Part shown: piece after piece, positions 11,601-20,600 of the stretch
How the letters are laid out: each line of letters starts with the position of its first letter
Position numbering within the stretch: position 1 is the stretch's first letter
Assembly: GCF_001194135.2 (NCBI RefSeq)
Contig: NC_068994.1
Span: 14,318,093-14,355,694 of the forward strand
Length of the DNA stretch: 37,602 bases
Source of the DNA: Octopus bimaculoides
Lineage: Eukaryota
Reading direction: 5' to 3'
Notes under the pieces: model-generated
What the model was told of the DNA's origin: nothing
Databases searched by the model: none
What the model saw: the letters and a program-made list of their open reading frames with translations, nothing else
Made by a program: the position numbers and the translations under genes

Positions 11601-14600
11601 GCAGACTACCGGTCATAGGATCGCGGTTTCAATTCCCAGACCGGGCGTTGTGAGTATTTATTGAGTGAAAACACTTAAAAGCTCCACGAAGCTCCGGCAG
11701 GGGATGGTGGTGAACCCTGCTATACTCTTTCACCACAACTTTCTCTCACTCTTACTTCCTGTTTCTGTTGTGCCTGTAATTCAAAGGGTCAGCCTTGTCA
11801 CACTGTGTCACGCTGAATATCCCCGAGTACTACGTTAAGGGTACACGTGTCTGTGGAGTGCTCAGCCACTTGCACGTTAATTTCATGAGCAGGCTGTTCC
11901 GTCGATCAGTTCAACTGGAACCCTCCAATTGCTAGATGTCCATTTAATTTGAAATCTTAATTGTTGATATGACATGGTATGTCATAAGTGTCTGTATATT
12001 GTGTTTTTTGTCATTTTGGTTATAAAATAAACAGATTAATCAATGGAATACAGTGTCTGCAAGTTGATGAGTACTTCATATTCCCCTCCATTTTCTTATT
12101 GCTATATAAATTTAGGGTAAAAAAAAAAAACCTTTTACCCGCACCCACTTATTGCACTTGATATAACACTAGTGTAACAATAATTGGGTATCCTCCCAGC
12201 AGTATATTGGATATATATATATAAAATGTGATGGGCTTCTTTCAGTTTCCATTTGCTAAATCTACCAGAAGGCTTTGGTTGATTTGGGGCTATAGAAGAA
12301 GACACCTGCCCAAGGTGCCATGTAGTGGGACTGAACTCAGAACCATGTGGTTGACTAGCAAACTTCTTGCCATACAGCCACATGTGCACCTCTGATGGCT
12401 GTATTTTTTCTTTTTTTAACCTTTTTGTATAAAGAGAGTTGGGAATAAGAATGATATGAAGAACAAGTTGACTTTATTTTGGGGTTATTACCAATTCTTC
12501 AGATGTTTTCTTCATCCAGAGTCTGTTTGTGCAGACAAAATAAAATGTCTACTTATTAAATGCATGCCTTTGAATTTATTTGAATACTTTGATTTGATTT
12601 TGTTATCTTTCAGAATCTGACTGTTTCTCTTGCTGATGAGATGAGGTGAGATGTAATTCCAGTCTGTGTATATTTATAAAGATGTCACTACCATTTATAT
12701 ATAATAAGTAAACTGTCTTTAGCACCATTATCATGTATAAATTGTTATTATCAAACACTATCATTTATAAATTACCATTAACACTATTATCATATATAAG
12801 CTGTCATTATTATTAAGTTTGCCCACAGCAGAATTGTTAGCATGCCAGACAAAATGTTCATCATCATCATCATCATCATCATCGTTTAATGTCCGATTTC
12901 CATGCTAGCATGGGTTGGACGATTTGACTGAGGACTGGCAAACCAGAAGGCTGCACCAGGCTCCAATCTGATCTGGCAGAGTTTCTACAGCTGGATGCCC
13001 TTCCTAACGCCAACCACTCTGAGAGTGTAGTGGGTACTTTTACGTGCTACCAGCATGAGGGCCTCGCTCAAAAGGTGTTTTTTTATGTACCACCTGCACG
13101 GGAGCCAGTCCAGTGGCACTGGCAACAACCTCACTCGAATGATTTTCTAATGTGCCTCCAGCACAAGTGCTAGAAGGCAACGCTGGTAACGATTACGCTC
13201 AAATNNNNNNNNNNNNNNNNNNNNNNCAGTGCTGTTAGTGTTCCACTGGCACAGGTGCCAGTCATCGAATATGGTTCAATTACGATTTCACTTGCTCCAA
13301 CAGGTCTTCGTAAGCAGAGTTTAGTGTCCAATGAAGGAGAGGTTGGCATGGGTGCTAGATTCGGTTCGATTTCGATTTCAGATTTCAAATTCCAAATTCA
13401 CTTTCCTCAACAGGTCTTCGCAAGCAGGGTTTTCAGTGTCCTGCCTTTCAACCTTTCAGGGTTGATAAAATAAGTACCAGACGAGTACTGGGGTCGATGT
13501 CATTCACTTATCCCCTCCCCCAAAATTACTGGCCTTGTGCCAAAATTTGAAACCATTGTTACTGTTATAATCATTATTATTATTATTATTATCATAATAT
13601 GGGTGGCAAGCTGGTGGAATTGTTAGCAGGCAGGCACAATACTTAGCAGCATTTTATTCATCTTTACATTCTTTCTTCAAATGTCGTCAGGGTCAACTGT
13701 GCCTTTCATCCTTTTGGGGTCGATAAAAGAAGTACCAGTTGAGTACTGGACTTGATCTAATTCACTAGCCAATAATAAAAAGGATTATTATTATTAAGAT
13801 GGCAAACTGGCAGAATCATTATCACTCTGGATAAAATGCTTAGTGGCATTTCATCCGTTTTTATGTCCCGAGTTTAAATGCCAGCAAGGGTGACTTTGCT
13901 TTTCATCCTTTCAGGTTCAATAAAACAAGTACCAGTTAAGTACTGGGGTCGATGTAATCAACTTACCCCATCCACGAAATTGCTGGCCTTGTGCCAAAAT
14001 TCGAAACCATTATTAAGTCTGCCTGCATAGCTCAGTCAGTAGACCATTAGACTTTTAATCTGAAGGTCACGGGGTCTTGTCCCTCTGTGGGTGTACAAAT
14101 TTTTGAGGTGGCGAGCTGGCACAAATGTTGGCATTAGTTGACACCGACTCTCGTTACCTATTGAGCATGTGCAAGCATAAAACGATAAAAATATAAACAG
14201 GCAAAGCAAATGGTATCAGGTTAGATTAGGACATTTCATCAACATTATCATCATCATTTAATGTCTGTTTTCCAGCCTGGCATTGGTTAGACAGTTTGAC
14301 TGCAGCTGATAAACCATAGGTCTGCACCAGGTTCCAGTCTGATTTGGCATGATTTTTACAGCTGGATGCCCTTCCTAATGCCAACCACTCCGAGAGCATA
14401 ACAGGTGCTTTTGACATGTCACCGACATGGGTGCCATTTACATGAAACCGGCAATGGCTACAACTATGATTTCACTTGGCTTGACAAGTCTTCTCAAGTT
14501 CAGCATATTGCCAAAGATTTCAATCACTTGTCATCGCCTCTGTGAGGCTCAACATTCGAAGATCATGCTACTGGCAACGACCACGATTACAATTTCACTG

Positions 14601-17600
14601 GAGCCATTCACATGAAACTGGCAACAGCCACAACTACGATTTCATCTGGCTTGACATGTCTTCTCTCTTGAAAACTGATGTCACATGAATGTAGATCATA
14701 AGAAGGGAGGAATTACACTTCCGCATACCTGTTTAATTTCTTCCTTCCTTATAATACTAAAATACTGCAGTGTGATTTGGGGGAGATTTGCTGTTATTTT
14801 CTTTGTTGGTGTCAAGAATTATAGCAATGCATTAGGGTAGTCTGTTGTCTCTCTCCCATAAGACTTGATCTGTTAAAAAAATCCTATGTGAAATGTTTGG
14901 GGGTCACCACTCTTCATATTTTCTATTTCACATAATGAAAAGTTGTTTGGGAAATGGAGGATTTCTGTGTTTAATGCTTAATTTCTGTCTTTACTTTTAT
15001 TCATTTATTTTCTTTTTTTTTTTTTTTGTATGTAAAGATTTACGCCAAATGACTTGATTGAAGCAGTGCCACAAATTGGTCTTGTTGTTGATTTCACTAA
15101 CACTAAAAGATACTACAACCCAATTGTAAGTAGTTATTTAACTCTTAAAGCCATGTAGCGCTTTCCCTATAGAAATCTCCCAATCTTGTTAATAAACTAA
15201 AGATTTTGATGAAAAGCAATCATCATCGTCATTATTTAGCATCCATTTTCTATGCTGGCATGGGTTACACAGTTTGACTGGAACTGGTAAGCTGGAGAGC
15301 TGCACTAGGCTCTAGTCTGTTTTGGCTTGGTTTCTACAGCTGGATGCTCTTCCTAATGCCAACTACTCCACAGAGTGTACTGGGTGCCTTTTATGTATCA
15401 TCAACACTGGCCATGACTATAATTTCACTTATCTTGACATGTCTTCTCAAGCACAGCAAATCGCTAAAGGTTTTGGTCACCTGTCATTGTCTCCATTAGA
15501 CTCCACATCCAAAGATCATATTTCACAGCCTCGTCCCATGTCTTCTTGGGTTTACCTCTTCCATAGCTGGAACTCTGACCAGGTGCTATTACTCTGGGTC
15601 AGAGTAGAAGACCTGGGAACAACAGTGGCTGAGAGTTGGTTCTACATTCATCAAAACTCTGGGACACCTGGACCAGGACCCTACTACCAGATATAGTTTA
15701 AAGTCATAGCCTGGGGGGAAAAAAATGGAACTACCGCAAGACACGAAACTCAGCTTGCGAAGACCTGTTGGGGCAAGCGAAAGCGAAATCGTGATGGCAC
15801 CTGTGCCCAGTGTCGCCTTTCTAGTACTTGGGCCCATGGTACTTTCAAGCGAGATCGTTACCAGTGCCTCTGGACTGGCCCTTTTGCGGGTGGCACATAA
15901 AATACACCATTTTGAGCGCGGCTGTTGCCAGTACCGCCTGACTGGCCTTCGTGCTGGTGGCACGTAAAAGCACCCACTACACTCTCGGAGTGGTTGGCGT
16001 TAGGAAGGGCATCCAGCTGTAGAAACTCTGCCAAATAAATCAGATTGGAGCCTGATGTAGCCATCTGGTTTCACCAGTCCTCAGTCAAATCGTCCAACCC
16101 ATGCTAGCATGGAAAGCGGACGTTAAACGATGATGATGATGATATATGTATATTAATTTAGTTTCTGTCTATCGAATCCTCTTACAAGGCTTTGGTTGGC
16201 CCAAGGCTATAGTAGAAGACACTTGCCCAAGGTGCCATGCCATATATCTATGTGTGTATAACGTTATTATATTTTTTGTATGTATTCATTGATTCGTTTT
16301 GTATCGGCTGATATTTCTGCAGCATTTATATTTTTCAGGATTTCAAAATTAAAGAAGGAATAGATTATATGAAAATCTACACAGAAGGAAAAGTAATTCC
16401 AAAGAAAGAGATTATATCATTGTGCGTATATCTGTTATCCTTTATTCATTTCAGTTATTAGACTGCAGCCATGCTGGGGCAACACCTTGAATTTTTAGTT
16501 GAATGAATTGGCCCCAGTACTTTGTTTTTCGGCCTGGTATTTGTACAATTGGTCTCTTACCAAACCACTCAGTTATGGGGATGTAAGCACACTAACACTG
16601 TTTGTCACACACACACACATTATATATATACATATATATATATATATATGAGAGTATTGTAGTTCGCTTGAAGCATTGTGTATTGTTTGTAAAGAATAAA
16701 AAGTTTAGAATGGTACAACAATGCCCTATACAACAAAAAATGGACTATATACCTGTTGTAATTTGGTTATCTATAGTCCGATGATATTTCGGAATTACAA
16801 TTCCGTCTTCAGATCTTCTTTGCTGGAGTCTCTGCTAGAAACATATATATATATATGTGGAGGGGCAATGGCCCAGTGGTTAGGGCAGCAGACTACCGGT
16901 CATAGGATCGCGGTTTCGATTCCCAGACCAGGCGTTGTGAGTGTTTATTGAGCGAAAACACCTAAAGCTCCACGAGGCTCTGGCAGGGGATGGTGGTGAA
17001 CCCTGCTGTACTCTTTCACCACAACTTTCTCTCACTCTTACTTCCTGTTTCTGTTGTGCCTGTAATTCAAAGGGTCAGCCTTGTCACATTGTGTCACGCT
17101 GAATATCCCTGAGAACTACGTTAAGGGTACACGTGTCTGTGGAGTGCTCAGCCACTTGCACGTTAATTTCACGAGCAGGCTGTTCCGTTGATCGGATCAA
17201 CTGGAACCCTCGATGTCGTAAGCGATGGAGTGCCAACACGCACATATATATATATATACATACAATAATAAATGTTAATTTCTGTCTATCCATCCTTCAG
17301 GGACCCCTGTATCTCAGCCTACATTTGCTCTACATAGACATATTATACCTTTTTGGAATCAGGATGATCCCGGGATTGAAAATCTGCCCTTCATTTGGTT
17401 CTTGAACATCCAGCATTGAGATCAGGTCTAGATGAGGATTTGTTATATGCTAACAGTTGAAAATACAAATTTTAAAAGAACTCCTAAAATTTGTGAACTT
17501 AAAAGTTTTTCATATAAACTGAATTTAACCGTTAAGCAGTTACAGCGGCCATATCTTGGCCTAAATATTCTATCAGTTTTATATACAAGCTGGTCAGATC

Positions 17601-20600
17601 TGGCCTTTCACACCTACCTTGCAATTTTATTGGGAAAACAAACAATCACATCATTAAAATCTTAATGTTATGAGATAAAGCATGGTTAATTCAACACAAT
17701 TTGAATAAGTAAATAGAACTTTTGACAGAATGATCTGAACACTAAAGGGTCAAAGTAATATCATATTGGTAGGGTACCAATACATGCTTTATTATTATTG
17801 ATCTCTTTAGTTCGGAGCCGCAGGCCCAATTAGCCCTCCGCAGGAGCAAGCTTAAAAGTTCACACACAGATAAACCCGCGTCAATATATATTGCATTACC
17901 TCTTTTTATTTTTTTCCTATATTCCAGATTCTTTGAAACTGTTGATGCTTTTTTGAAGGATTCTTCTAAGAAGAGTAAGTTAATGTGTTTGTTTGTTTTT
18001 ACCCAACTTTATATTTCATTCCTTCAAGTTCCTTGTAGTCCTGAATGATGTATCTGTAATGTATTGGGGTGGAAGAAATTCAATCGGCTATACCCACCCT
18101 CTATTCAGACTTGATCTTGTGCATCGAGAAGAAAACAATTACTTTGCAGTTTGTGGATTAATCCCTGGTTAGCTCTGATAAGTGGAGGCGCAATGGCCCA
18201 GTGGTGAGGGCAGCGGACTCGCGGTTGTAGGATCACAATTTCAAAACCGCAATCCTATGACCAAGAGTCCGCTGCCCTAATCACTGGGCCATTGCGCTTC
18301 CACGATGATTTATGTATGCATGTATTATATATGTGTATATTCTATGTGAAGTTACTTTTGAGTGTTAATTGTAACATATAACCAAGTACAACCTGTTCCA
18401 TGGTCGGGCCATTAGTGTCTAAACTGGCATCACCACTAAGATCTTCTTGGGGATTAGGGTGTCTTTTTGACACACTGCTGGATGGTAAACAAGACCCATG
18501 AGAGTGTGTGTCATTGAAGAAACATTGGAATATGTTAATTGGAGTTTGCATATTTGTTTTATTTTTCAGATAAAATCATTGTTGCCCACTGTACTCATGG
18601 AATCAACAGAACTGGGTATTTTATATGTCGGTAAGAGAAGTCTTGTGAATTTTTTTATCTTGTGGTATATGTGTGTATATGTAGAATATGTAATTACACT
18701 ATTTTCTGTATAGACATAGCATACATGTGTAAAAGTAGGCGATGACTTCTGACCGAGACCTTTGGAAATATGCTGTGCGTGAGAAGACCCGGCAAGCCAA
18801 GTGAGACCTAAATCCAAGGCCTCTGCCAGGGGTGTAGCCAGCCCACTTATGCGTACCTTTCCATCATTGGACACTAAACTCCGCTTGTGAAGACCTGTTG
18901 AGACAAGTGATATAGAAATCAAACTAAATTTGACGACTGGCACCCATGCCAACGTCGTCTCCTTCATTAAGACCTGTTGGAGCAAGCGAAAGCGAAATCG
19001 TGATGGCACCTGTGCCCAGCATCGCCTTCCTGGCACGTGTAAAGACATTCGAACGAGATTGTTGCAGGTGGCACGTAAAATACACCATTTTGAGCGTGGC
19101 CGTTGCCAGTACCGCCTGACTGGCCTTCGTGCCAGTGGCACATAAAAGTACCCACTACACTCTCGGAGTGGTTGGTGTTAGGAAGGGCATCCAGCTGTAG
19201 AAACTCTGCCAAATCAGATTGGAGCCTGGTGTAGCCATCTGGTTTCACCAATCCTCAGTCAAATCGTCCAACCCATGCTAGCATGGAAAGCGGACGTTAA
19301 ACGACGTTGATGATGATGATGATATATATATATATATATATATGTACATATGTGTGTATGTATGTTTATATCAAAGGTAACTCTACATTTCAGATACATG
19401 ATCACTAAACTGAATTTTCCACCCCAAGTTGCTATTGATGGTAAGTAATTTTTTTGTCCAGAAGTTTAGAATTATTTAGTTTATGTTTGACAGTGCTTAA
19501 TGATTGATGACTCACATCCTTCTGTAGACTTTGTATTGTCTCTTGTTTGATGAAAGTCGCTATATTTTGCTTCTTTTACAAGACGTGTAACTACCATTTT
19601 TATTCAAAATATTTCATTTTGAAGACATTTTGAATATTTAATTTTGAAGACATTAGAAAATTGATATTTTTAGATCTCACAATGAGAGATATTCAGCAAC
19701 AGTACTTTGTAGTAAAGATTGTTTGTCAACATAACATGGCAGTCCTGGTTTAGGACAAATGTTGCTGTAATTTAGCCCCAGGAGACATCGTCTCCAGCTG
19801 GCTATACGACACGATCTGTGTCGTTATATTTTTTTTCTTTCAAACAAGGGAATCTAGCACCCCCACTCAGCTCAAAACAATATCGCAATACACAGATATT
19901 GTTTTGAGCTGAGTGGGGAGTGCTAGATTCCCTTGTTTGAAAAAAAATATAACNNNNNNNNNNNNNNNNNNNNNNNNNNNNNNNNNNNNNNNNNNNNNNN
20001 NNNNNNNNNNNNNNNNNNNNNNNNNNNNNNNNNNNNNNNNNNNNNNNNNNNNNNNNNNNNNNNNNNNNNNNNNNNNNNNNNNNNNNNNNNNNNNNNNNNN
20101 NNNNNNNNNNNNNNNNNNNNNNNNNNNNNNNNNNNNNNNNNNNNNNNNNNNNNNNNNNNNNNNNNNNNNNNNNNNNNNNNNNNNNNNNNNNNNNNNNNNN
20201 NNNNNNNNNNNNNNNNNNNNNNNNNNNNNNNNNNNNNNNNNNNNNNNNNNNNNNNNNNNNNNNNNNNNNNNNNNNNNNNNNNNNNNNNNNNNNNNNNNNN
20301 NNNNNNNNNNNNNNNNNNNNNNNNNNNNNNNNNNNNNNNNNNNNNNNNNNNNNNNNNNNNNNNNNNNNNNNNNNNNNNNNNNNNNNNNNNNNNNNNNNNN
20401 NNNNNNNNNNNNNNNNNNNNNNNNNNNNNNNNNNNNNNNNNNNNNNNNNNNNNNNNNNNNNNNNNNNNNNNNNNNNNNNNNNNNNNNNNNNNNNNNNNNN
20501 NNNNNNNNNNNNNNNNNNNNNNNNNNNNNNNNNNNNNNNNNNNNNNNNNNNNNNNNNNNNNNNNNNNNNNNNNNNNNNNNNNNNNNNNNNNNNNNNNNNN

